Assembly: GCA_030602375.1 (NCBI GenBank)
Contig: JAUVZV010000003.1
Span: 1-43,723 of the forward strand
Direction: 5' to 3'
Origin: Chloroflexota bacterium
GTDB taxonomy: Bacteria; Chloroflexota; Dehalococcoidia; Dehalococcoidales; JAUVZV01
Length of the DNA: 43,723 bases
A program made the translations under genes and the position numbers. The notes below the pieces were generated by a model that did not search any database, was not told the DNA's origin, and saw only the letters and a program-made list of their open reading frames with translations. Positions within the stretch are counted from its first letter, which is position 1, and the number at the start of each line of letters is the position of its first letter. Of the stretch, positions 1 to 10,162 are shown piece after piece.

Positions 1-188
1 CACCAGACCTCAGTCAAGCGAACCAGCTTACTCGGTCGTTCTGGAACATCCAATACCTTCCAGGTAAGGTACTTTCTAACCCCTGGCATCTGCTTAACCT
101 CGTGGACATGCTTCCCCATATACCACTCTTCCCCTTCCTCAACAGAGACACCATCAGGATAGCGGAAAAGCCAAATATCCCTTACCAT
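1..188 (-). CDS. EthD-like (dimeric alpha/beta barrel) protein, 3'-truncated at window edge
   Basis: Not in ORF track. Manual translation from ATG at 188, with GGAGG Shine-Dalgarno upstream: MVRDIWLFRYPDGVSVEEGEEWYMGKHVHEVKQMPGVRKYLTWKV...; the 'E..WY...H...V..MPG.RKY' pattern resembles EthD-type domains. Confidence 0.6.
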   Translation of the reverse strand, partial: MVRDIWLFRYPDGVSVEEGEEWYMGKHVHEVKQMPGVRKYLTWKVLDVPERPSKLVRLTEVW

Positions 189-387
189 TTATAAACCTCC
201 TTAATTTGATTTTATTTACTTGCTACTAACTTAGCACTATATCATAAACTAAAACTACAAGTAATTCCCCTTTAAGCCCAGAGAATAAGATTCATGCTAG
301 AAGGCTTGGCAGATATTGTAGGATGAGAAAGTGAAATGCTATCATAACTAAATAGATTAGTTATTTAAACTAACCATAAAGGAGCAA

Positions 388-834
388 ATGATGACAAATA
401 AGGATAAACTGGATATGGTATCCCCCTGTGGCTATTACTGTTATGGCTGCCCTCTTTATCCGAACACTACCTGTACTGATGAGGTTGTAATTGATAATAT
501 GGCTAAACGGGCAAATGCTTCGATTAAGAATCTACCAGTCTGTAAGGGTTGCCGGGCAACGGATGGCAAACCCCGCGGTTCCCTTTGCCCAACCTATGAC
601 TGCTGTGTCAATAAAAGAGGGCTTGAGTTCTGCTATGAGTGCGAAGACTTCCCCTGCTTGAAACTAGCGCCTGTCAGCCACGGGGCAGCAGTGAGAACAC
701 ACAATAGCAAGATTTACAACCTGCTCATGCTAAAGAGGCTGGGCATCGACGCCTATATTGAGAAGGGCAATGATTGGTGGATACTCTACGCCAGAGGGAA
801 ACACCCGGTTGGAGGTGATGACGCCCAGATATAG
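388..834 (+). CDS. Cys-rich DUF3795-family protein
   Basis: PCGxxCxxCP, CKGCR, CPxYxCC and GLEFCYECEDFPC motifs; AAGGAG SD upstream. Confidence 0.75.
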   Translation: MMTNKDKLDMVSPCGYYCYGCPLYPNTTCTDEVVIDNMAKRANASIKNLPVCKGCRATDGKPRGSLCPTYDCCVNKRGLEFCYECEDFPCLKLAPVSHGAAVRTHNSKIYNLLMLKRLGIDAYIEKGNDWWILYARGKHPVGGDDAQI

Positions 835-869
835 TCTCGCCGGCACTACTTTACAATACAGGACTTTAA

Positions 870-1721
870 TTATCCCTGCTTGGGGGCTTTAGCTCCTAAC
901 CCCTTGAGCAGCTTCCTGACCGAGCAGAAACGACCGCCATCCAATAGCAGTGTCTCTCCAGTCATGTGGCTTGATGCCTTTGAAGCCAAATACAGGGCAG
1001 CAGTAGCAATCTCTTCCGGCTCAGCTATATGTTTTAGAGCGGTATTATCCTCTGCCTCAGCAGCAATTGATGGATTGGACCACAAAGCTTCAGAAAACTT
1101 TGTCCTCACAATTCCAGGGGCAATACCATTCACCCTGATATTGTACTGTCCCAATTCTTGTGCCAGAACCCGGGTGAGCATGATTACGCCGGCTTTACTG
1201 ATGGAGTAAACCCCAAGACCAACCGAGGGGCTAATACCAGCATCTGAGGCAACATTAATAATGACCCCCCCACCTTTATCTCGCATCAGTCCAGCCACCT
1301 TCTGACTCAGGAAGAAATAACCCTTAAGGTTAAGGCCCAGGGTAACATCCCAGGCTTTCTCATCAATATCAAATATCAAGCCGAATACTGGATTGGTGGC
1401 AGCATTGTTCACCAGAATATCAATATGTCCAAATTCACCAACTGCTTGGTCAACCAGGTTCTCAATTTCTGGAAGGTGGCGAACATTGGCCGCAACCGGC
1501 AAGGCTCGCCTGCCCAACTGAGATACTTCTTGAGCTACTGCCTCAAGGTCTGGGAGCTTGCGGCTGGCAAGTACTATATCGGCACCTGCCTCGGCTAAAC
1601 CAAGGGCAATAGCCCGACCAATGCCACGGCTTCCCCCAGTAACCAAGGCTACCTTGCCCGAGAGATAAAACCTATTTAGTAACGATTCCTTCCTTGGTGT
1701 CGCCTCAGACTGGCTGCACAT
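870..1721 (-). CDS. Classical short-chain dehydrogenase/reductase
   Basis: TGGSRGIG, NNA and YSISK motifs; NGIAPG. Confidence 0.9.
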   Translation of the reverse strand: MCSQSEATPRKESLLNRFYLSGKVALVTGGSRGIGRAIALGLAEAGADIVLASRKLPDLEAVAQEVSQLGRRALPVAANVRHLPEIENLVDQAVGEFGHIDILVNNAATNPVFGLIFDIDEKAWDVTLGLNLKGYFFLSQKVAGLMRDKGGGVIINVASDAGISPSVGLGVYSISKAGVIMLTRVLAQELGQYNIRVNGIAPGIVRTKFSEALWSNPSIAAEAEDNTALKHIAEPEEIATAALYLASKASSHMTGETLLLDGGRFCSVRKLLKGLGAKAPKQG

Positions 1722-1774
1722 GTCTTTCCCCTTTCTTGAAATTTTAACCCTGGTTAAGCATTAGGCTATCTGGG

Positions 1775-2122
1775 TTAAGACTTTACCTCGTATGAGCCGA
1801 AGATAAACTCCAGGTCTTCTTCTAATGCAGAAATCTTATCCTTGGAGAAAAGCTTTTCATCTATATCAAGCATCAGCTTTATTTCACCTCTGGCTGAACC
1901 TACAATATGGGCTCTAACACACTCTTTTTGAGCCTCATCTGCCCTACCCTTACACTTGAAGGTCAGCGTGCCGCGGGAGATAAACGATGAGGAGTCGCTG
2001 GGTAACGAGTATGTCTCCATTGTAGCCTCATCTACGGTTGCCCCTTGCTTGGCCACAAAATCCTTCACCTCATCGTATAGCAACTCGGGCTTTAAATCTT
2101 TATATGTCTTTCTAATTTGCAT
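1775..2122 (-). CDS. Hypothetical protein, 115 aa
   Basis: GGAG SD, ATG start and protein-like composition; divergent from rpsB. No family recognised. Confidence 0.7.
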   Translation of the reverse strand: MQIRKTYKDLKPELLYDEVKDFVAKQGATVDEATMETYSLPSDSSSFISRGTLTFKCKGRADEAQKECVRAHIVGSARGEIKLMLDIDEKLFSKDKISALEEDLEFIFGSYEVKS

Positions 2123-2328
2123 CTTTAGCTCTCCACATTTTCTCCTAGTTACTTCTTGTCTTTATGATAAGGCTTGGCTCGTCTTTTGTAAAGACAAATA
2201 ACATCACCCCGTTTACCCTTTTAACTAAATGAAATCACCTGCCTTCCCATAAGTTGCTGCACACCAAGAGGTGTGTTATACTATTAAACCAGCTAACAGT
2301 AAAGGTTCAAAAGAAAGGGGTCTTAAAC

Positions 2329-3130
2329 TTGCCCAATACAACTACTATCAAGCAACTTCTAGAGGCTGGAGCTCACTTTGGGCATCAAACCAGTCGCTGG
2401 CATCCTCGTATGAAGAGCTATATTTATACCAAGCGCAATGGTATTCATATCATTGACCTAGAACAAACCGCCAGTATGCTGGATAAAGCCTGTGAATTTG
2501 TAAAACAAGTGGTAGCTGAGGGCAAATCAGTCCTCTTCGTCAGCACCAAAAAACAAGCCCAGGAGACTATTGGAGAAGAGGCCAAACGTTGTGAGATGTA
2601 TTATGTCAATCAACGCTGGTTAGGAGGAACACTGACCAACTTTGCTACCATACAAGCTCGCATTGACTATCTAGTCCGGCTGGAAGACCAGCAAGCGAGG
2701 GGGGATTTCAACCGTCTACCCAAGAAGGAAGCCATGAAACTTGAGAAACAAATAGTACACCTCAATCGGAATCTGGGTGGCATTAAGGAGATGACTGAGC
2801 TACCGGGTGCTTTATTTATCGTTGACCTTGTAAAAGAGAGGACTGCCTTAGCTGAAGCCAAACGCGTCGGAATACCAGTTATAGCCACGGTGGATACCAA
2901 TTGTAACCCTGATGATGTTGACTGCCCCATTCCCTCTAATGACGATGCCATAAGAACCATAAAACTCGTCTGCGGTAAAATCGCCGATGCCATCATCGAA
3001 GCCAAAACCGGTGAGGCTTTTGTCCCAGACGAAGGGGGGGAAGAGGAAAGCCCAGAACAGCCTAAAGCTGAGGTTACTAAAGATACCGAAACCCCTGCCC
3101 CTGACCAAGAAGTGGTAATGGAGGGGAAAA

Positions 3131-3150
<20 letters not shown>
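2329..3150 (+). CDS. rpsB: 30S ribosomal protein S2
   Basis: [19 protein letters not shown] and DTNCNPD motifs. Start placed at TTG 2329 after AAGGGG SD; the ORF track start at 2254 is probably too long. Confidence 0.97.
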
Positions 3151-4371
<1,221 letters not shown>

Positions 4372-4372
4372 A

Positions 4373-4930
4373 ATGGTTGATGAGACTTTACGCAGTGTTG
4401 AAAACAGAATGCAAAAGGCTGTTGAAGCCTTAAGGAAGCAATTAGCTGCCATTCGTACTGGACGCGCCAGCCCTGCCCTAGTTGAGCATATCAAGGTAGA
4501 ATACGCTGGTGTGCCGACACCACTGATTCAAATTGCCGGCATTTCAGTACCCGAAGCCAGGCTTATCATCATTCAACCCTGGGATAGAAGCAGTATCCAC
4601 AGTATTGAAAAGGCTATCTTAGCCTCCGACCTTGGACTAAACCCCTCAAGTGATGGCAATGTAATCCGTATCAACATCCCACCTCTTACTGAAGAGCGAC
4701 GCCAGGAGCTGATTAAAGTAGTACGAAAGAGGGTTGAAGAAGGGAAAATAGAGATACGCAACCTGAGGCGTGATGTCGTAAACAAGCTCAGAGAGCTGGA
4801 GAGGACCAAGGATATATCCCAGGACGAACACCAGCGGGCTCTGGAGCAACTGCAAAGGCTTACCGACAGCTTCATCACTAATACCGAACAGCTCAGGCAG
4901 GAGAAAGAAACCGAACTCATGGAGGTTTAG
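4373..4930 (+). CDS. frr: Ribosome recycling factor
   Basis: IRTGRA, PPLTEERR and IRNLRRD motifs. Confidence 0.97.
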   Translation: MVDETLRSVENRMQKAVEALRKQLAAIRTGRASPALVEHIKVEYAGVPTPLIQIAGISVPEARLIIIQPWDRSSIHSIEKAILASDLGLNPSSDGNVIRINIPPLTEERRQELIKVVRKRVEEGKIEIRNLRRDVVNKLRELERTKDISQDEHQRALEQLQRLTDSFITNTEQLRQEKETELMEV

Positions 4931-5002
4931 CAAGACTGGAGTATTTTGCTGCCTTAAACTAGGGCGCAAATTTATGACTGCCTTACCAGTTCGGCGACAG
5001 TC

Positions 5003-5818
5003 ATGCTTAAGAAAAGGGTTATAACTGCACTCTGCGGCATTCCCCTACTTATTGTTATCATCTATTTTGGGGAGCCATACTTCACCACTTTAGTTGCTAT
5101 CTGGGGACTTCTGGCTGTTCTTGAATTCTATAAGATTGTAAGTGCCTCCAAGGTACCACCGCTCACTTATCTGGGTTCAGTTTTCGTTCTACTGCTCATC
5201 CTCAGCCCTCACTATAAACTTATTTTCCCCCAAGTTGAATATGAACTCTTTATGCCATTCCTCCTGACCCTGATGGTTACACTATCTTTAACCTGGACTT
5301 TATTACGCCCCAAGAAAGAAGGGGCTTTTGTCGGCTGGGTATGGACGATAGCCGGCATTATATACATAGGTTGGTTACTGAGCCATTTCCCATCACTAAG
5401 AGGGCTTGAGGAGGGTAGAAACTGGGTGTTTCTTGCCTTTTTTATCACCTTTGCCTCCGATTCCACCGCTTTCCTGGTTGGTAGAAAGATAGGCAAGCAC
5501 CGTCTTGCCCCACGCATCAGCCCCAACAAAACCTGGGAGGGAGCCATTGCTGGGGTTTTGGCTGCTATCACCGTCAGCCTGATATTTATTCTACCTACAC
5601 CCTTAAAATTACCCCTTACCCCTTGGCAGGTGATGCTTTTGGGCTTACTGGTCAGTATTTTAGGTCAACTGGGTGACCTGGCGGAATCTTTGTTTAAACG
5701 CAATATGGGGGTAAAGGACTCGGGTAAACTCCTACCAGGACACGGCGGCTTTCTTGACCGAATGGACAGCGTTGTCTTTGCCGGCATAGTAGTATACTAC
5801 TGGGCTTTGTTTATCTAA
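5003..5818 (+). CDS. cdsA: Phosphatidate cytidylyltransferase
   Basis: ISPNKTWEG, GDLAESLFKR and KDSGxLLPGHGGFLDRMDS motifs; hydrophobic. Confidence 0.96.
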   Translation: MLKKRVITALCGIPLLIVIIYFGEPYFTTLVAIWGLLAVLEFYKIVSASKVPPLTYLGSVFVLLLILSPHYKLIFPQVEYELFMPFLLTLMVTLSLTWTLLRPKKEGAFVGWVWTIAGIIYIGWLLSHFPSLRGLEEGRNWVFLAFFITFASDSTAFLVGRKIGKHRLAPRISPNKTWEGAIAGVLAAITVSLIFILPTPLKLPLTPWQVMLLGLLVSILGQLGDLAESLFKRNMGVKDSGKLLPGHGGFLDRMDSVVFAGIVVYYWALFI

Positions 5819-5933
5819 TGACAGTTAGCTAACTCCCCCAAGGATTTGTCCTGGACAAAAGTCCGGGCAATTTGTGGAATTATACGCCAAGATTTAAGAA
5901 GCCACCTTCAAGAGATCTGCCAAGAACATAACC

Positions 5934-5975
5934 ACTGGGCATGTGGAATGTAGTTACGACTTTGTGGAGAGGGAG
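5934..5975. repeat. Imperfect direct repeat, copy 1 (flanks methyltransferase gene)
   Basis: ACTGGGCATGTGGAATGTAGTTACGACTTTGTGGAGAGGGAG, similar to 6692-6729. Confidence 0.6.
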
Positions 5976-5981
5976 GTGGCA

Positions 5982-6614
5982 CTAAAAAAGATAAAGTGAC
6001 GAGGCATTTGTTTCCTTTGCCTTCACTATTAATATGATTCCGCTCTTGAGGCACTCCCTTTTTTCCTCGAGCAGTTGGTGGTTTTCCAATATTTCATCCA
6101 GTCCACCCCGCTTGATATAGTCCTTGAAACCCCTAAAATGTTCTCTACCAGCAAGGACTTCTCTTGTCCTAACTAAATAGCCGTATAGATTCTTAGGTAA
6201 AGGAACTGCAAAATCAATGAATACCAAGGCGCCACCTTTCTTAACTACTCTTTTCATTTCAGATACTAGCCTATTTCGAGTTCCTATTTCCTTATCGTGC
6301 AATCCGAAAGATGCTGAAGCATAATCGAAGCAACCGTCTTTGAATGGCAGATTAGTTGCGTTTGCTTGTTGGAATGAAGCATTTCCTAAGCCCTGCTTTA
6401 TTCTCTTCTTTGCGGCTAATTCCAGCATATTCGAACTTAGGTCCACTCCGACAGCAATAATACCTCTTTTTGAATAATGGAACACTTGGTCCCCTGTTCC
6501 ACAGCAGACATCTAGAACTCTATCTCCAGCTTTCATTCCTGAAAACTCAGGAGTGTAAAGTCTGATGTCTCTTAATAAGGGGTCTATTACTGTTGCGTAG
6601 TTAAAGATAAACAT
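5982..6614 (-). CDS. Class I SAM-dependent methyltransferase (UbiE/MenG-like)
   Basis: VLDVCCGTG motif I, LPFKDGCFD and EMKRVVKKGG; inserted antisense between cdsA and dxr. Confidence 0.88.
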   Translation of the reverse strand: MFIFNYATVIDPLLRDIRLYTPEFSGMKAGDRVLDVCCGTGDQVFHYSKRGIIAVGVDLSSNMLELAAKKRIKQGLGNASFQQANATNLPFKDGCFDYASASFGLHDKEIGTRNRLVSEMKRVVKKGGALVFIDFAVPLPKNLYGYLVRTREVLAGREHFRGFKDYIKRGGLDEILENHQLLEEKRECLKSGIILIVKAKETNASSLYLF

Positions 6615-6622
6615 AGCTCTAA

Positions 6623-6651
6623 ATCATAGCATTTACCGACTTAGGCGTGAA
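6623..6651 (-). promoter_or_regulatory. Sigma70-type promoter of methyltransferase (near-leaderless)
   Basis: TTCACG-17 nt-TATGAT with extended TG; ATG lies 8 nt after the -10 box, and there is no SD. Confidence 0.5.
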
Positions 6652-6691
6652 ACTATATATGTAACGGAGCCGCTGTTACCAGAATCACATT

Positions 6692-6729
6692 ACTGGGCGT
6701 GTGGTATGTAGTTGGGATTTTGGAGGGAG
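6692..6729. repeat. Imperfect direct repeat, copy 2
   Basis: ACTGGGCGTGTGGTATGTAGTTGGGATTTTGGAGGGAG. Confidence 0.6.
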
Positions 6730-6750
6730 AAATGGAATTGAACTTAATGG

Positions 6751-6784
6751 ACTAAAGTTTAGTTCTCTCTTACAACATTGTCAA
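6751..6784 (-). promoter_or_regulatory. Sigma70-type promoter with palindrome over the -10 box
   Basis: TTGACA (6784-6779), 17 nt, TAAACT (6761-6756); ACTAAA-G-TTTAGT dyad at 6751-6763. Confidence 0.5.
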
Positions 6785-6874
6785 TACCCCACCTTTCCTT
6801 CAACAGTTTCTCCAGATGTGGCTTAGCTCCATTAATGGCGTTAGTACTAGGTTTGTTGTATCATAGTAGGTAAT

Positions 6875-8017
6875 ATGGAGGGGAAGAAAAGGAATTTAGC
6901 TATTCTCGGTTCAACCGGTTCTATAGGCAAGCAAACCCTCCAGGTAGTCCGTGCCCTACCCGACCGCTTTCGTATCCTCGGGCTAGCCGCCGGCACCAAC
7001 ACCACTCTTTTGGCAAAACAGATTAATGAATTCAGGCCAAGATTTGTCTCCAGTCAGGATAGAAGGTTAAAGTCCAGTTTAGCTGAAACCGGGGGTGAGC
7101 TTCTATCCCCGGAAGAAATAGCCAGCCACCCTGAAGTAGATGCCGTTATTATTGCTACTTCAGGAAAGGCAGGGCTTTCTCCTACTTTAGCTGCCATAAG
7201 AGCCGGTAAGTGCATTGCCTTAGCCAATAAAGAGACTCTGGTTATGGCTGGTGAGATTATTATGAGTGAGGTGCGGAAAAACGCCGCCCAAATTTTACCC
7301 CTTGACAGCGAGCACAGCGCCATCTGGCAATGCCTAAATGGTGAAAGACAAAAGCCAGCCAAACTTATCCTGACCGCCTCAGGGGGACCTTTTCTTCATT
7401 ACCCGGCAGAACAGTTAACAAGGGTTACCCCAAGAGAGGCCCTCAAACACCCGTCGTGGCGGATGGGGAGAAGGGTTACTATTGACTCAGCTACCCTGAT
7501 GAACAAAGGGCTTGAGGTTATTGAAGCCCACTGGCTATTTGATATGCCTTTTGAGAATATTAAAATTTTAATTCATCCCCAGAGCATCATCCACTCCATG
7601 GTGGAGTTTCAAGACGGTTCAATTAAAGCGCAACTGAGTTGCCCTGACATGCGACTGCCTATCCAATATGCCCTTTCTTACCCAGAGCGTCTGCCCAACC
7701 CTCAACTCCCGAGGATTAGCTGGGATAAGATTAAGAGCCTGAGTTTTGAGGAGCCTGACTATGACAGCTTCCCCTGCTTAAAACTGGCTATTAAGGCTGG
7801 GGAAAATGGAGGAACCTACCCGGCAGTACTTTGTGCTGCCGATGAGGTGGCAGTTGAGTTATTCCTGTCGGGGCATATCGGATTTGTTGGTATCGCAAGT
7901 CTGGTTAAGCGAGTTTTAGACCAGCATAAAACCCAGGCTCACCCAAGCCTTGAAGAAATTATGGCTGCCGACAATTGGGCCAGAGAGGCAACCTTAAAAC
8001 TGGCAGGAGAAAAATAG
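6875..8017 (+). CDS. dxr: 1-deoxy-D-xylulose-5-phosphate reductoisomerase
   Basis: LGSTGSIG, LANKE, DSEHSAIWQ, TASGGPF and TIDSATLMNKGLE motifs. Confidence 0.97.
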   Translation: MEGKKRNLAILGSTGSIGKQTLQVVRALPDRFRILGLAAGTNTTLLAKQINEFRPRFVSSQDRRLKSSLAETGGELLSPEEIASHPEVDAVIIATSGKAGLSPTLAAIRAGKCIALANKETLVMAGEIIMSEVRKNAAQILPLDSEHSAIWQCLNGERQKPAKLILTASGGPFLHYPAEQLTRVTPREALKHPSWRMGRRVTIDSATLMNKGLEVIEAHWLFDMPFENIKILIHPQSIIHSMVEFQDGSIKAQLSCPDMRLPIQYALSYPERLPNPQLPRISWDKIKSLSFEEPDYDSFPCLKLAIKAGENGGTYPAVLCAADEVAVELFLSGHIGFVGIASLVKRVLDQHKTQAHPSLEEIMAADNWAREATLKLAGEK

Positions 8018-8020
8018 AGC

Positions 8021-9076
8021 ATGCTAATTACAATATTCTCTTTTATTGCCGTGATACTGGTAATTGTGCTGGCTCATGAACTCGGGCACTTTATTACCGC
8101 CAAAGCCTTCGGGGTAACGGTAAGTGAATTCGGCCTGGGCTTCCCGCCACGGCTCATAGCAATCAAGCGAGGCGAAACAAAATATTCACTTAATGCCTTG
8201 CCCATTGGCGGTTTTGTGAAATTGTCTGGTGAGGAAGACCCAAAGATGCCAGGGGGTTTAGCTGGAAAGAGCAGAGGGGTTAGGTTACTAATTCTCAGCG
8301 CCGGCTCGCTAATGAACCTGCTGTTGCCGGTTCTTTTATTCTCAATTGCTTTTATGATACCTCATAACCTAGCAGTGGGACAGGTGGTGGTGGAAGAGGT
8401 AGCGCCGAATTCCCCCGCCGATAGAGCCGGCATCAAAACCGGGGATACTCTTCTCAGTATCAATGGGAAACCGGTACAAAATCTAGGAGACCTGCGCTAC
8501 ATCCACCTCAACCTGGGCAAGGAAACTAGTATCTTAATTCAGCATAGCGACCTGACTAAAGAGGAAATTCAAGTAGTACCCCGATGGCGCCCCCCAGAAG
8601 GTGAGGGTGCAATTGGTGTTGCGATTAGTCTCCAGGAACCAACAATCGTGCGCCAGTCAGAACCATTCTGGAAAGCAATACCGATGGGGGTAAAGGAATG
8701 TATCGAGACCCTGGCTTTATTTAAGAATATAGCCATTAGCCTTGTTATCAGCGGCACAGCATCTCCAGTGGTAGGTCCAGTGGGTATTGCTCAGATAACC
8801 GGAGAGGTAGCTAAATCGGGGCTTACACCGCTTTTACAATTTGCTGCTTTCTTAAGCATTAACTTGGGTATAATCAATCTTTTGCCCCTCCCTGCCCTTG
8901 ATGGCGGTAGGATTGCCTTCGTTTGTTTAGAGTTACTCAGAGGAGGTAGGCGCATCTCAGTAAGGACAGAAAGACTGGTGCACACCATCGGCTTTTTCAT
9001 GCTGATAGGGTTAATCCTTATCATCACCTACCAGGATATTATTCGCATCATAAGTGGAGAGAGCCTTTTGCCATGA
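8021..9076 (+). CDS. rseP: RIP metalloprotease RseP (M50 family, PDZ domain)
   Basis: HELGH, GGFVKL and NLLPLPALDGG motifs; PDZ segment. Confidence 0.93.
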   Translation: MLITIFSFIAVILVIVLAHELGHFITAKAFGVTVSEFGLGFPPRLIAIKRGETKYSLNALPIGGFVKLSGEEDPKMPGGLAGKSRGVRLLILSAGSLMNLLLPVLLFSIAFMIPHNLAVGQVVVEEVAPNSPADRAGIKTGDTLLSINGKPVQNLGDLRYIHLNLGKETSILIQHSDLTKEEIQVVPRWRPPEGEGAIGVAISLQEPTIVRQSEPFWKAIPMGVKECIETLALFKNIAISLVISGTASPVVGPVGIAQITGEVAKSGLTPLLQFAAFLSINLGIINLLPLPALDGGRIAFVCLELLRGGRRISVRTERLVHTIGFFMLIGLILIITYQDIIRIISGESLLP

Positions 9077-10119
9077 ACCCGAGACGCAAAAGTAAAGCCA
9101 TTAAAATCGGTAAGGTAACCGTTGGCGGTAATGCCCCAATCGTGGTGCAGTCAATGACCAAAACTGATACCCGTAATGTTATGTCAACTATAAACCAGAT
9201 TAAAGAGCTCGAAGATTGCGATTGTGAACTGGTACGGGTGGCAGTACCCGATAGAGAAGCCGCCGAGGCTTTAAAGGCGATAAAGAAAGCCGTCTCTGCA
9301 CCCATAATTGCCGATATCCATTTTGACTTTAGGCTTGCCCTTGAGGCACTTAATGCTGGCGTTGAAGGGCTGAGACTTAACCCGGGCAATATCGGTGAGC
9401 CGGAAAGGGTTACCACCGTAGCTAAGGCTTGTAAAGAGAGGGGTGTCCCTATCCGTATCGGGGTCAATGCCGGCAGCCTGCCTCGGGCCCAAAACCCCAA
9501 ACTAAATGTGGCTGAGCAGATGGTTGAAGTGGCTATGAGGCAAATAAGACTCCTTGAGAGCCTCAACTACGACCTGATTAAGGTCTCGCTTAAGGCATTT
9601 GATGTCCCCACTACCATTGAGGCTTATAAGGATATTGCCCAAAAAATCCCCTATCCCCTGCATATTGGTATTACTGAAGCCGGTCCACCCCGAAGCGGTA
9701 TTATCCGCAGTACGGTGGGCATAAGCACCCTACTTTATCTTGGTATCGGGGACACCATCCGGGTGTCCTTATCAGCCCCCCCCAGAGAAGAGGTCATCGC
9801 TGGCTACGAGATTCTAAAAAGCCTTAGCTTGCGCCAGCACGGACCAATACTGGTCAGTTGCCCTTCCTGCGGGCGGGCTGAGGTTGATATTATAAACTTG
9901 GCTGAGGCAGTAGAGGAAGAGCTACTAAAGATTAAAAAACCAATAAAGGTAGCGGTGATGGGCTGCGTGGTCAATGGACCCGGTGAAGCCAAGGACGCTG
10001 ATATCGGCATCGCCTGCGGCAAAGGCAGAGCCATCCTCTTTAAGAAGGGTGAAAAAATTGCTACCATTGAGGAGAAGGATTTTCTGGTGGCGCTGATGGC
10101 AGAGGTGGAGAGGTTTTAG
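9073..10119 (+). CDS. ispG: HMBPP synthase (flavodoxin)
   Basis: VQSMT, ADIHFD, RLNPGNI, CPSCGR and MGCVVNGPGE motifs. Confidence 0.97.
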   Translation: MNPRRKSKAIKIGKVTVGGNAPIVVQSMTKTDTRNVMSTINQIKELEDCDCELVRVAVPDREAAEALKAIKKAVSAPIIADIHFDFRLALEALNAGVEGLRLNPGNIGEPERVTTVAKACKERGVPIRIGVNAGSLPRAQNPKLNVAEQMVEVAMRQIRLLESLNYDLIKVSLKAFDVPTTIEAYKDIAQKIPYPLHIGITEAGPPRSGIIRSTVGISTLLYLGIGDTIRVSLSAPPREEVIAGYEILKSLSLRQHGPILVSCPSCGRAEVDIINLAEAVEEELLKIKKPIKVAVMGCVVNGPGEAKDADIGIACGKGRAILFKKGEKIATIEEKDFLVALMAEVERF

Positions 10120-10162
10120 AGGAGGTGAGGTTAATAAATATAGTTAATGGAGTAATAAGGTA

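Noticed and set aside
231-257. TTAGCACT, half of a CIRCE (HrcA) site
   Set aside because: No GAGTGCTAA right arm 9 nt downstream, and no chaperone gene adjacent.
5870-5903. Weak inverted similarity between 5870-5903 and 33662-33696 (TTGTGGRATTA...TTTAAGWAGCC), both near insertion borders
   Set aside because: It needs gaps, and part of the match derives from the MFS duplicate; not distinguishable from chance without a genome-wide search.
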